Under the pieces are notes generated by a model. The model ran no database searches, was not told the origin of the DNA, and worked only from the letters and a program-made list of their open reading frames with translations. Below are positions 27,431 to 45,832 of a stretch of DNA of 64,000 nt, piece after piece; within the stretch, counting starts at the first letter, position 1, and the number at the start of each line of letters is the position of its first letter. Origin of the DNA: Eledone cirrhosa. Lineage: Eukaryota. Position numbers and translations under genes: made by a program. Where the stretch lies: contig CAXHJY010000353.1 in assembly GCA_964016885.1 (NCBI GenBank), positions 1-64,000 of the forward strand, in the 5' to 3' direction.

Positions 27431-27643
27431 GTATGTGTGTGGCCCAGGTCCAATCGGTGGAAACTACAGAAAGTAAGCTACTCAATAAATTAGTAGGTAT
27501 ATACAACAACATTTCATATAGGAATGGTTACAACAGGACTAGAACTGTTTCCTTCAAAGGAAATCATCAGGAAAGCCTTGATGGTTTCATTTGAAGGCAA
27601 CAGTTCTAGTCCTGTAGAAGCCATTTCTATATTAAATTTTGTT

Positions 27644-27689
<46 letters not shown>

Positions 27690-28152
27690 TATATCCAGTG
27701 GGTGTAACTAGGAGTTACTGCAGGTTCACCCGGGTGAGCACTCGATGTTTAGGTTCACTTCTGTGATGATGTGTAGAGCTAATATACATATATATAGTGG
27801 TGGAACACTGGAAGGTAATATCCGTAGTGGTAGAGTACTCAGTCCAAGGGACTGTCCACACGTCACCAAACATCTATTACATAACTACAAGACTCCGGAC
27901 TGATTCTTTGTAATTTTATTTAAAAAATTTTTTATTTTATTTTCAAGCAAAAAACTTTCCGGACTTTCGCAGTTATCTCACTTACAGCCCCGCACGCATC
28001 TACTATTGCCTGTGTGAAATGACCGAGTCGAGTTTCTGCGCATGCCCGTTCGTACGGTTGTCCTGTTCCTATAACCATATACATCCCGATCTGAAGATCC
28101 GCAAGGTGAAACAATTTTTCTCGGTATGGTGAACTAACTGTTGTGTAACCAC

Positions 28153-28189
<37 letters not shown>

Positions 28190-28190
<1 letters not shown>

Positions 28191-29083
28191 GAGGTGGGTC
28201 AGAAAAGTTCCAGGACTGATGTCACAAAAGATTTACTTCAAACCCAAACTTCACACTAAGAGATTTCTCCTTCAGAGTAATCCCCCTGGAGTATGTAACT
28301 ATAATCTTAGCTCTCTGCAGGGATCAAACCTTTTTCTTCATAATTTTATATACATGTGCTCTGTTTCAGGTCGTCAAGCAATGAGCACAGAACAACGAAC
28401 AAACTTGAAAACTCTGTCAGAAGCACTGAGATTGCTGCAGCAAGTGTATGGAGATGAGACGATGTCACGCTCACGTGCTTTTGAGTGGTGCAAGAGGTCT
28501 AAAGAAGGACGCGAGGAGTGGAAGATGACCCAGGAGCGGAACGCCCTCAACAACCAGGACTGAGGTCAACGTTAAGCGAGTTAGGCAGATGGTGCGTAGC
28601 GATCGTCGGCTGACTGTTCGACTGATGGCAAATGAGCTGGGCATGAATCGGGACAGCGTCTGGAAGATTCTCACGGAAGATTTGGACATGCGGAAAGTCT
28701 GCGCGAAGATGGTGCCAAAACTGCTGAACGATGACCAGAAGGGTCGACGCATACAAGTGTGCCAGGACATCCTCGAGCGTCTTGAAAACGAACCAGACTT
28801 GCTAGAGACAGTCATCACCGGTGATGAATCATGGATCTTCGAGTACGACCCGGAGGGGACCCGTTTTGAAGACGTGGACGACATCAAAAAGGCCGTGACG
28901 ACGGAACTGCAGAGGATCCCGGAAGAATCCTTCCAGGAGTGCATGCAAGAGTGGCAGAAAAGGATGGAAAAGTGCATTAGACTCCAGGGGGATTACTTTG
29001 AAGGAGAACACTCTTAGTGTGAAGTTTGGGTTTGAAATAAATCTTTTGTGACATCGGTCCTGGAACTTTTCTGACCCACCTCG
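28190..29083 (+). mobile_element. Internally deleted mariner element with ~103-bp TIRs
   Basis: TIRs 28190-28292 / 28981-29083, in a (TA)n target. Transposase remnants include VYGDETMSRSRAFEW, RLTVRLMANELG and ITGDESWIFEYDP, fused directly to the C-terminal GTRF...QGDYFEG, so the rest of the DDD domain is deleted. Confidence 0.92.
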
Positions 29084-30522
29084 TATATATATATATATTA
29101 TACATATAAAAATGAGAAAACTCGTCACTAGAACAACCGTTAAAACAGCCAAATGCTGGACAGTGACTGGCGGCCTGTGTTCAACAGAGAGACAATCCAC
29201 GAGGTGGGTGACAGGTAGAGGAAATATAGAAAAGATTGAAAGAGGAGGAGGACAAGTATAAGTGTGTTGGCTCACAGAAGTAACTGGAATAAAGAAAGGC
29301 GATGTTAAAGACAAGTTTACACACCCACATTTTCACCCTCATATACACACACACATACATGTGTGTGTGTCTGTGTGTATACGTGTATATATATTAAAAA
29401 AAAACATGTATATATATATATATATGTATAATATGAAAACTAAAACAATTTCTAGAAAATGTTGCGGCAGAAACTTGATTTACCGCCATATTGCCTGAAA
29501 GGTAAAATTGTCAACAGTGATAAAGATGGTATCATAGAGATGGGTTAATGGACTTTGGAATATATATTTTCCTGTTCAAGATAGTGAAATAAGTGTGTGA
29601 TTACATAAATGAATAAATACGTCACTTGGAAATGAAAATTGATCTATGTTTGTTTAAAAAGATTTATAGATGAGTGTCTATCTAATTATTTTACTCTTTC
29701 TGTTCTTGTCTCTCTTTCTCTCCTTTTATATATATATATATATATAAAAAAAGATTCAGAGCCCCGACGGCTGAGCTCCGGCCGTTTCGACAGCTACATC
29801 CGAACATATATCTGTATGTATATATACATCTCTCTCTTTTATATATATATATACCAAGATTAAACGAGTTTTTAAATAGTTAGACCATTATTCAATAGAG
29901 TACTCGATTTTTGGAATAGTAGATAGAGGAGTGAGACTATATTAGAGAGAGTCGAGGCCCAATCGCTAATCTGTTGCCATTTCAACACCTGGAATTAGAT
30001 GTTACTGCTTTTTGAAAATACAGCAGCATAGCCTATTTGTGGTGGTGCTGATAAAGTTGTTAAAGGCTCAAATTGTCCTTGGAAGGATAATTGTAGCGAG
30101 ATTCGGCAGTGTGACCAACAGATTTTGTAGTAGGTAATCACCGATAGTATGGAGATTTTGAGACTAGAAATAGGCAGTAATTTACCACTAACATGCTGCT
30201 CGATACATCGATCTCCATCGATCAATCGACCCTCTGAAATGATCGTAAAACAATGAACTAACTATCTACCTACACCTGACTTCTCATTTTTATTGTTCTA
30301 TGCGCGCACACACACACAGTACACACACACAACACACAAACATATTTATTAAAATAACAGATTAAAGTTTAAGCAAAGAATCGCTGCTTTCACGCTTAAC
30401 GGGATCTTCTGAAGCTATATATATATATATATATATATAAATATGTCACGAATAAACAATTGTACACACATACTTATGTATATGTGCATGCGGATGTGTG
30501 TGTGTGTGTGTCTGTGCCTGTG

Positions 30523-30577
<55 letters not shown>

Positions 30578-31019
30578 CTGTGCATTCATCTATCTATTCA
30601 ACTGTTTCACTCTTTTTCTCTAAAAAGTCTCGTTGTGTCGCTTATGTCACTTTCTCTCTCTATAGGTATGAATACACACACATACCTCTGTGTGTGTGTG
30701 TGTGTGCGTAAATATATATAGTTATCTAAAGAATGTCTAGGGGCTCAGTTTCACAAAATAATTTTACTGTTTCATTTGTACAATTGAGTAATCCAGGAAG
30801 ACAATATAATATTTCAAGAGACTAAACAACTGAAAATAATTTCAAATGTCCATTGAGGTTGTTATGTGTGTAATAACGTAACGAAGAATACAAGTATTGA
30901 AGTACAGCAGTTTAAACTCCTTTATGTATACACACACAAAGGCAACTATATACATACATACACACACGGACACATATATGTATAAATACATACATATATA
31001 TATACATGGGCATGTATAA

Positions 31020-31085
<66 letters not shown>

Positions 31086-31143
31086 TTATATAAACATACA
31101 CACACAAATATATATACACATACATACATATACACGCACACAC

Positions 31144-31192
<49 letters not shown>

Positions 31193-31225
31193 CACACACA
31201 GACACACACACACATATATATATAT

Positions 31226-31302
<77 letters not shown>

Positions 31303-31589
31303 TATATATATATACACACACATATATATACACACACACACACATATATATATACACACACACACACATTATATATATATATATATATATATAGTGTGTG
31401 TATGTATGTATGAAGATATATAATTATTATAAGCATGTTAAAGTGTTTCAAAAGATTAATATTTACTATTGAAAGGATTCCACAGTATCTCATACACATT
31501 CCCTCACTCTCCTTAGTTATTTGGTAAATATTTGAAAAGCAAATACTTGCTAATATTTAATATATATACATAATACTTATATATAATAT

Positions 31590-36560
<4,971 letters not shown>

Positions 36561-36956
36561 ACATATATATACATATATATATATATATGTGTGTGTATAT
36601 ATATATATCCATATGTATATATATATATATCCATATGTATATATATATATATCCATATGTATGTATGTGTATATATATATCCATATGTATGTGTCTGTGT
36701 GTATATATATATATACACACATACGTATAGATATATATATATACACACACACATTCATATGGATATGTATATATATACACATACATACATATGGATATAT
36801 ATATTTATACACACACACACACACACACATATGGATATATATATATATATATATGTGTGTGTTATATATATATATATTATATATATATATATATTATATA
36901 TATATATATATATATTATAATATATAAGATCAAAAGATGGTTAAATGAGTTCCATG

Positions 36957-37027
36957 TATTTTATTATGCGCATTTCAAAAACAAATATCATCATGCAATA
37001 ACATTTGTGTTTTCATCAGATAAAATA
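36957..37027 (-). ncRNA. Minimal type I hammerhead ribozyme (inverted copy)
   Basis: Reverse complement of 37137-37207 with the core intact. Confidence 0.8.
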
Positions 37028-37136
37028 GGAAGACACGATATGAAGGTTAAAAACGCTTTTGGATAGTGTATTTTTAAAACAACATATGAAAACTGCACTA
37101 TCCACAAGTGTTTTTAACCTTCATATCATGTCTTCC

Positions 37137-37207
37137 TATTTTATCTGATGAAAACACAAATATTATTGCATGATGATATTTGTTTTTGAAATGCGCATAA
37201 TAAAATA
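37137..37207 (+). ncRNA. Minimal type I hammerhead ribozyme
   Basis: tattttat-CTGATGA-[aaacacaaatat..atatttgttttt]-GAAA-tgcgca-TA-ataaaata: 8-bp stem I, paired stem II and palindromic stem III. Confidence 0.85.
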
Positions 37208-37381
37208 CATGGAACTCATTTAACCATCTTTTGATCTCATATATCATGTATACTCCAGTCCTACAAAGTTTAGAGTGCTTCTTATCCGATATCTGCATTG
37301 CTTTATTGTACTACAATAAAACTCACCTCCTACATATATATATATGTTATATATATATATATGTTATACATATATATATGT

Positions 37382-37413
<32 letters not shown>

Positions 37414-37987
37414 ATATATTATATATATATATATTATATATAAGTATTATGTATATATATTAAATATTAGCAAGTGTTTGCTTATCAAATATTTACCAAA
37501 TAACTAAGGAGAGTGAGGGAATGTGTATGAGATAATGTGGAATCGTTTGAATAGTAAATATTAATCTTTTGAAACACTTTTTCATGAAAGAGGGGCAATA
37601 AAATGATTTATACGAGGAATGGAGATATGAAGAAATTGGTCTCTCTCTCTCTCTCTCTATATATATATGTATATATATATATATATATACTACTGTTTGA
37701 TAAATAGATATACACATATACATGTATATACATATATACCCACATACACACATATATATATACACATACTTATACATACATACATATATATACATATACA
37801 CACACATATATACATATACATACACATATATACATATACATACACACATATATACATATACATACACACATATATACATACACATACACACATATATACA
37901 TACACACATATATACATATATATATACACACATATATACATATATATATACATACACACATATATACATATATATATATATACACAT

Positions 37988-38026
<39 letters not shown>

Positions 38027-38386
38027 GACACACGTATATATACATACATACACATATATATATACACACATATACACACAAATACACACACACACATATA
38101 TATATGTATATTTATGTTTGTTTGTTTGTATGTATATCTGCACATACATGCATCTATTTTGAAACTTATATAATTAAATTATGAAAAGCTCACATTTTAC
38201 CCAGGAGCCCTTTAAATAAGAATAAGTTCAGAATTTGAAGAAATTAAAAATCTTATAACAAATCTAATTGGATTATAGTATTACGTAGTCACACTTAAAT
38301 TTAACGGAAACTATAGGGAGACAATGTAAAGTTTAATAGCTACAACTGACGTTGGCTTTTATTACTACTACTCTTATTATTATTAT

Positions 38387-38885
38387 AAGCGGTGAATTGG
38401 CAGTATCGGTAGAGGGTCGGACGCCATGCTTTGCAAGCAAAGAGTTACGTCCCTTTATGGTCTGAGTTCAAAACCCGCTGAGGTTAACTATGCCTTTCAT
38501 CCTTACGGGGTCGATAAAATAAAGTACCAGTAATGCACTGGGTTATTTGTGCCAAAAGTAGAAACAATTATTATTATTATAGGCGGTGGATTTGCAGCAT
38601 AGTTACGTCCCTTTACGGACTGAGTTCAAATCCCGCCGAGGTTAACTATGCCTTTCATCCTTACGGGGTCGATAAAATAAAGTACCAGTAATGTACTCTG
38701 TAATTGCTGGCCTTGTGCCAAAAGTAGAAACAATTATTATTATTATTATTACAGGCGGCGAATTGGCAGAGTCGTTAGAACGTCGGATAGAGTGCTTTAT
38801 GGTGTTCGGTTCAGCTCGCTTCTCTCTGAGTTCATATCCCGCTGAGGTCGATATAAAAGTACCAGTCTAGTACTGGGGTCAATTC
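38387..38885 (+). mobile_element. Three tandem SINE family A copies
   Basis: Repeated heads (ggcggtgaattggcag) and cores separated by (att)n. Confidence 0.8.
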
Positions 38886-39429
38886 TTCCTCTATAGCCCA
38901 TTCTCACTTCTTTCTCACTTTCTGTCTTTTTCTGGAAGAAATCTGCTGTATTCAGGTCTGGAGAGGGGTGGGCTCCACCAGACTTAAAATGCTCAAGAAA
39001 CGCCGTATGTCAATACGGCGCTCCTACAACTTTGTCAGGAGTTACGGGTCACTCAGACATACTACTATAACTACTGCTACTACTACCACCACAACTACTA
39101 CTCCCATAACCGCTACCAGCACTACTACTGGTACTAGTATAACGACCAACCCCACCACCACCACTACTACAACTTCATAGTTTAAAAGCAAAAAGGAATA
39201 ACAACAACATCATGAAAAATAACAGAAACCACATTTGCAACGACCACAACAACAAAAACAACAACTACTACTACTACTATCACTGCTACCAATGAAAAGA
39301 ATGCAACATATCTAATGTATTGTTATGCCTGTTATTCATTGTTAAACATCTTGGAACAACAATTGGGTACAATTTAATGAATATACATAGAAATGACTAT
39401 TTTGGGTTCACAAAGATATTAATGCGTAA

Positions 39430-39667
39430 GGGTGGACAGGTTTTACGGGTAAAACCAACCGACAAGAGACCCAGGAGTAGAACCCGAACCGACAGGAGAC
39501 CCAGAGATAGAATCCGAGCAAGATGGTTGGATAATATCCATGAGCTTGGCTGGTTTCGCTTGGGTATCTCGCCGGATCAGTTGGAGACATTTGCTTTTGA
39601 CAAAGCCCGCTGGAAGACTCTGCCCACGATCCTCATAAGAATAAGTGTGCGAAGAAGAAAGAAGAAA
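39430..39667 (+). mobile_element. RTE-clade LINE 3' end
   Basis: Encodes KRPR...RARWLDNIHELG...DKARWK, resembling the RTE C-terminal RxxGRPxxRW motif, and ends in a (gaa)n tail. Confidence 0.6.
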
Positions 39668-40298
39668 GGTATGTTTTGATGGGAATTTGAATGCACACTC
39701 CAGCAGGTCGAATTATAACGTAGAGCAATTAAACAAAGCATATAAAAAGATTAAAAAACAAATTCACACACGTAATAAAATGTTATTTAAGCGAATTAAA
39801 ATGAAATAAAATGCCTAAAATAATTTGAATAAATTATCAAACAAAAAACAGAATAGAAAATGAGTCAAAAATGAATAAAGAAATTTACCCATCTTATTTT
39901 CAACTTGCTCACATCTCGACTGATTCAAAAAACTAAGCCATGGCGGAAGTAGACCAAGAGGACTGAAGTCTGCTTTGTTCCTCCTTTTACAAAAGAGTTC
40001 ATCACCTAAACCTTTGACCTTTCGGCGTCTTCAATCACAAGAAAATCAATGAAATGTACTAACAGTGTAATCCATGCATGGAAAAACACACTCACATACA
40101 TACATACATACATACATGCATACATACATACATATATATATATATATAGAGATTTTGAGTTTATGTTGGTTGTATACCAACACCTCAGTATGCAGGCTGG
40201 AGCACTCGACGAAGTGCGCAGGTTGGTTTGATTACTCCGGAGTAGTGTAAAATAAAGTTAAATAAAAGTCAAATGATTAAAATTTAGCTTCGTTTATT

Positions 40299-40353
40299 AC
40301 TGCTATATATATTTCAGTGACAGCCATCTTTGGCTGTGACCTCTTCAGGCAGT
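40299..40353 (-). ncRNA. Minimal type I hammerhead ribozyme
   Basis: Minus strand: actgc-CTGAAGA-ggtcacagcca aaga tggctgtcact-GAAA-tatata-TA-gcagt. Confidence 0.8.
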
Positions 40354-40609
40354 TTGAATTAGTATGGTATAGACAAGTACATATGTTGTTTAGGTGTATG
40401 ATATTGTCAATACTCTGATATGCCCAGTTCCTTGCTGGGTTGTTAATTCACTGGGGAACTGGAGTCATATCTATATCATATATATATATATTTATAAATT
40501 AATTAAAGTATAGAAATTATTGTGAGCGTGAAGCCAACAGTATTTCATAATATCTAAGTGACTATAACGTAAAAATGGGAAAATAGTTAATATATATATG
40601 TGTGTGTGT

Positions 40610-40930
40610 GTGGTGTGGGGTTTAAAATCAAGAGGTTGTGAGTTCGATTCTCGGACCGGGCTTTACGATGTGTCCTTGAGCAAGACACTTTATTTCACGC
40701 TGCTTCAGTTCACTCAGCTGTAGAAATGAGTTACCACGACACTGGTGCCAAGCTGTATCCGTCGCTGCCTTTCCCTTGGACAATATTGGTGGCGTAGATA
40801 GGGGGTGTGTTGTATGCATGGGTGACTTCTGGCCTTCTACAAACGACCTTGCCCGGACTTGTGCCTCGGAAGGGAACTTTCTCGGTGTAAATCACATGGT
40901 TATTCATGACCGAAGGGAGTCTTTACGCTT
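40610..40930 (+). mobile_element. SINE family B variant with a different 3' body
   Basis: gagttcgattc...gtgtccttgagcaagacactttatttcacg followed by a distinct tail. Confidence 0.7.
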
Positions 40931-40964
40931 TATATATCTAATAATTTGATTAAAATAATATATC

Positions 40965-41130
40965 CCGCATTTCCCGGCGTCGAAGACGCTACCTTTTCCC
41001 TAAGATATGTCTAAAAAATCTACCATGCATCCTGGAGATGCATGGTTGTTTATTATTTTTTTTCAAATTTTTGGTTGTTGAAATTAGGATGCGTCCTCGA
41101 GGCCGAAGCGTCGTCGGCGCCGGGAAATAC

Positions 41131-41132
<2 letters not shown>
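40965..41132. mobile_element. MITE with CCGYATTT termini (Tc1/pogo-like)
   Basis: TIR ccgcatttcccggcgtcgaagacgct / agcgtcgtcggcgccgggaaatacgg, followed by TA. Confidence 0.7.
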
Positions 41133-41192
<60 letters not shown>

Positions 41193-41313
41193 TATAAATA
41201 TATTATATATATATATATATATATATAAATATATATATTATATATATATAATATATATATATATATATTATATATATATATATAAATATTATATATATAT
41301 ATATATATAAATA

Positions 41314-41353
<40 letters not shown>

Positions 41354-41384
41354 TATATATATATAATATATATATATATAATAT

Positions 41385-41430
<46 letters not shown>

Positions 41431-41475
41431 TGAAATAACAGGAGGCTGGACTGGTGTAAATCCTTGAAAGGTTTA

Positions 41476-41540
41476 TTACACTATGATCATTTCAATGACC
41501 GGGTTCCATATGAATCCGGTGATATCATCAGGTATTGTAA
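41476..41540 (-). ncRNA. Minimal type I hammerhead ribozyme
   Basis: Minus strand: ttacaatac-CTGATGA-tatcaccgg..ccggtcatt-GAAA-tgatca-TA-gtgtaa, with palindromic TGATCA stem III. Confidence 0.7.
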
Positions 41541-42158
41541 TATAACAAAGGAATGGCCATGGGTCCGAAAAATCAGAGACAGAGGGGACGGCTGACCGAC
41601 TAGCTTCTCAGCCAGCCGCCCTCAAAGTGTCGGCAACTGAAAAACTACCAATGAATATCTGGTGAGGGGGCGAAGGCTTACAATGCGCTACCACCACTCC
41701 TGTTATTGCATTTATAATTAACTCCGTATTCGCACCACCAACTACACAAACGAAGATGGGTGAACTGCACTGCGTTGAGTACTCTTCACAATATTACACC
41801 AGGTTTGACCATACGGAATGACAAGTTCTATCCAGTGGTGACCCAACAAACCTAAAGATATATATATATACAGAGGTGAGGCATAAGTTTGGAAGCAAAT
41901 AAAAAAAAAAAGCTTTTAATAACAAAACTGCTAACTTTATTGACCAGCAACATAATTGTAAATATACGTAAATAACTTTAGAATATAATATATAGAGTTT
42001 ATTGAAAATAACCTCCTCGAGCAGCAAAAAAAGAATCCGAATCACAACATCTCAGTATAAATATATTTAAAATTTTTTTAATGTGGTGACCTGAAAATAC
42101 CATTCAACTTACCAAGTAGAATTTGACCACTTGTATACATACGTACGCGCACACACAC

Positions 42159-42214
<56 letters not shown>

Positions 42215-42357
42215 TTATATATATATAATTTTACGTTAAATATTGATGCAATTCAAATCAAGGACTCGACGCATTTTTTCCACATAGGAAAATCAGAGTA
42301 TATTTAAAATGAGAAAATGCGAAGTAGTATCAGATGTTTAAGTCCTTTATTGGTAAG

Positions 42358-42432
42358 GCTGTGATACATATTTCAATGACGGCAGTGGCCACACGATTCT
42401 GTGTACCCGGTGCTGTGACATCATCAGACAGC
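42358..42432 (-). ncRNA. Minimal type I hammerhead ribozyme (left arm of a foldback; degenerate partner at 42551-42625 on +)
   Basis: Minus strand: gctgt-CTGATGA-...-GAAA-tatgta-TC-acagc. Confidence 0.65.
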
Positions 42433-42972
42433 TTCTTATACAACAAGGTCCCCTGGGGAACAGGCAGGTGTTTCAAGAACTCATGACTTGTCCGTTTCCC
42501 TGTCGTTTCTGTTTGGATTGCCTTGGGAACGTAACCTTGTTGCATGAGAAACTGCCTGATGATGTCAGGGCACTGAATACAGAGAATCGTGTGGCCACTA
42601 TTGTCATTGAAATATGTATCACAGCATTACCAATAAAGAACATTAACATCTGATACTACTTCGCATTTTCTCATTCTTTCTCTCTCTCTATATATATATA
42701 TATTTATATATACTGTATATACTATACAAAATTAACAAAGAAAAGGCAAGACAACCAACTGAAAGAAAACAAAATGGTAAACCTTAAAATATTATTTTTT
42801 TTAAATATATATATTAACGAAGGACATAGAACTCTATGGTAATTGGCTTTTGAGATGGACTTAGGCAGTTTCGACCCCTACCGACGGTACTGCTGGACCA
42901 GCCCGGGTCACAACGCCTGACATAAGCCAAATGCTGCTCAAATTGTAATAGACGAGAGACAAACATTAATTT

Positions 42973-43152
42973 ATTGGCAGTATCGGTAGAGGGTCGGACG
43001 CCATGCTTTCGAGCATAGTTACGTCCCTTTACGATCTGAGTTCAAATCCCGCCGAGGTTAACTTTGCCTTTCATCCTTACGGGGTCGATAAAATAAAGTA
43101 CCAGTAATGCACTGGGTAATTGCTGGCCTTGTGCCTAAAGTAGAAACAATTA
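42973..43152 (+). mobile_element. SINE family A
   Basis: Near-consensus copy with B-box gagttcaaatcc. Confidence 0.85.
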
Positions 43153-43505
43153 ATTTATAGTCGTTAAGCTACAACAAAAAATATACGATTTTGTTTGACG
43201 TTAAGGAAATAAGAAGGAAATAAGAAAGAAAGAAAAAATGCAAGAAGAAAGTAAGACATCCTGTTAAAAAAATGTTAGCCATTACAATAAATGGGGGAGA
43301 AGAGATAAATATATATATATATTATTATTATTTCTGGCAATATTATAACAATATGACCCTCCCCAAATATATATATATGCTACCAAAATTAGATGAAAGA
43401 TGCCATGTTTGAGAATATCAGAAACATGTGCCATAACATCTGTGGAATAAGTTCAAGAATTCCAAGTAATAAATCCGAGCATTTATTAATATCGTTATTT
43501 TATTT

Positions 43506-43557
<52 letters not shown>

Positions 43558-43608
43558 ATGATATATATTTATCCTTATCGAGCCCTCTTTGGATTTTAGT
43601 CTTCAAAT

Positions 43609-43642
<34 letters not shown>

Positions 43643-43925
43643 GTATAGATATATTTGGGTTAGTAGAGTGTGTCATGAAACATTCGGGACACCGACGGCC
43701 GAACTCCGGCCGTTTCAACAGTTAGATCCGAACTAGTTTATATATATACATATGAAAAGATTCAGGACCCTGACGGCTGAGCTCCGGCCGTTTCGACAGC
43801 TAGATCTAGCCGTCGGGTCCTGAATCTTTTCATAATACCCACTCTACTACCTCAAGTATCGAGTACTCTGGTGGGTTATGGTCTAGCTGGTTTTTACCAC
43901 AGCCTATCTAATTATCTAATTATAC

Positions 43926-43995
<70 letters not shown>

Positions 43996-45241
43996 AAAAA
44001 CATGGGAAGAAAGAGGAAAACTGCGTGGTTGCACATGGCTTACATATTATAAAATTAGTCCCTCATCAGTGATTTGCCAACCATCATTGGTATATATATA
44101 TATATTATGGGATTAGGAGAATGTAAGGATTACAGTTTATGATGTATGGCGCATGATGTAGAACACATAAAAGTGGTGAAACATATGAAACTTATTGCTT
44201 ATGATGTTGGGTAGCCACAGTTAGTGAAGTTTAGGGTTAAGCACAAAAAAAACAAGATGGTGTATAGGACAGAATAAAGGAGAGACACAATATAAAAACC
44301 TCGTCACAGAGGAGGTCACAATATGTATGATGGAAGAGTTTTGACAATACATAAACAACCTTCCGGTTATCGAACCAACAAACAGGTGAAACTCCAGAGT
44401 AACACGACTCAATTTTTAGCCTTAATATTATTGAGAGATTAATTTAGAGGTTGTGAATAGATTCCTTTGTTCACACTCTTGATTTTGCCCGCCAAAGCAC
44501 GGATGTAAATCTTTCTCGTTTCTTGAGAAAGAACACGTGACCGCGCCGCCAAAGTAACTGCTACAGTACATGACAGTGGAGTTACTAAGCCGGACTGGTG
44601 GAATATGGAACGCAACGCCTGTTAGAAAAGGATATCCTCATTCCGTATTAGGAGACATTACTGACTTGCATGTTATGCAACATGGAGTACAGATTTTGGA
44701 TTCCCAGAAACCAATCGGAGATATTTATGTAATATCTACCGATCAGGTCCAGGATCTTTTTTGGTCTCCATCTTGATTTTGTGAATGTTTTTTTCTATCT
44801 CAGATAAGCATGAAGACATACAGAGGCACACAAAAACCAAACTAACAAAACAATTCAGACACACACAAATAGAACAAACAACCAACTAGTGACAAGTAAA
44901 TAAACACACACACACACACACACACAGATGTAAAGAATGCACTAACTAAGCACAAAAAACAAGATGGTGTATAGGACAAAATAAAGGAGAGACACAAAAT
45001 AAAAACCTCGTCACAGAGGTCACAATATGTATGATGGAAGAGTTTTGACAATATATAAACAACCTTCCGGTTATCGGACCAACAAACCACCCAGCCGGAA
45101 ACGTATAATAAATTGAAGTGAAAATCAAGGGGTGCGTTTTTTTTTTTGTTTGGCAGCATGACACGCCCAAAGTATAACAATATGTTTCAACACACGTTTT
45201 CAGATAAGAAATTTCGCAAAACAAATTCAAAAATGAATTGC

Positions 45242-45274
<33 letters not shown>

Positions 45275-45293
45275 TATATATATACTCACACAC

Positions 45294-45326
<33 letters not shown>

Positions 45327-45557
45327 TACACACACATATATATATATACACACACATATATATATATATACACACACACATATATATATATATACACACA
45401 CATATATATATATATATATACACACACACATATATATATATATACATACACACACACATATATATATACACACACACACATATATATATATACACACACA
45501 CACACATATATATATATACACACACACATATATATATATACACACACACATATATAT

Positions 45558-45626
<69 letters not shown>

Positions 45627-45677
45627 AAATATTAAACAAATAATGAACAAACAATTCCTTATATTAAACAAAAAAAG

Positions 45678-45832
45678 TTCACTATTTAACGATCGTTTCT
45701 AGGGTATATATGTGTTATAATTGGTATGCATATTTAACAGATCTATGTACAAAATTATACAAAATTATACAAATTATCAAGATTAAATATACATACCTAA
45801 CTCATATATACGCCGTCTTCAGAAATAATGAA
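45678..45832 (-). ncRNA. Hammerhead ribozyme with extended stem II (mirror of 56374-56528)
   Basis: Mirror copy in the left palindrome arm. Confidence 0.75.

Noticed and set aside
42852-42920. Minus-strand gtcGAAActgcctaaGTC half-hammerhead
   Set aside because: There is no recognisable CUGANGA, and only one copy.
44030-44075. CTGATGA on the minus strand as a hammerhead
   Set aside because: There is no downstream GAAA or stem III.
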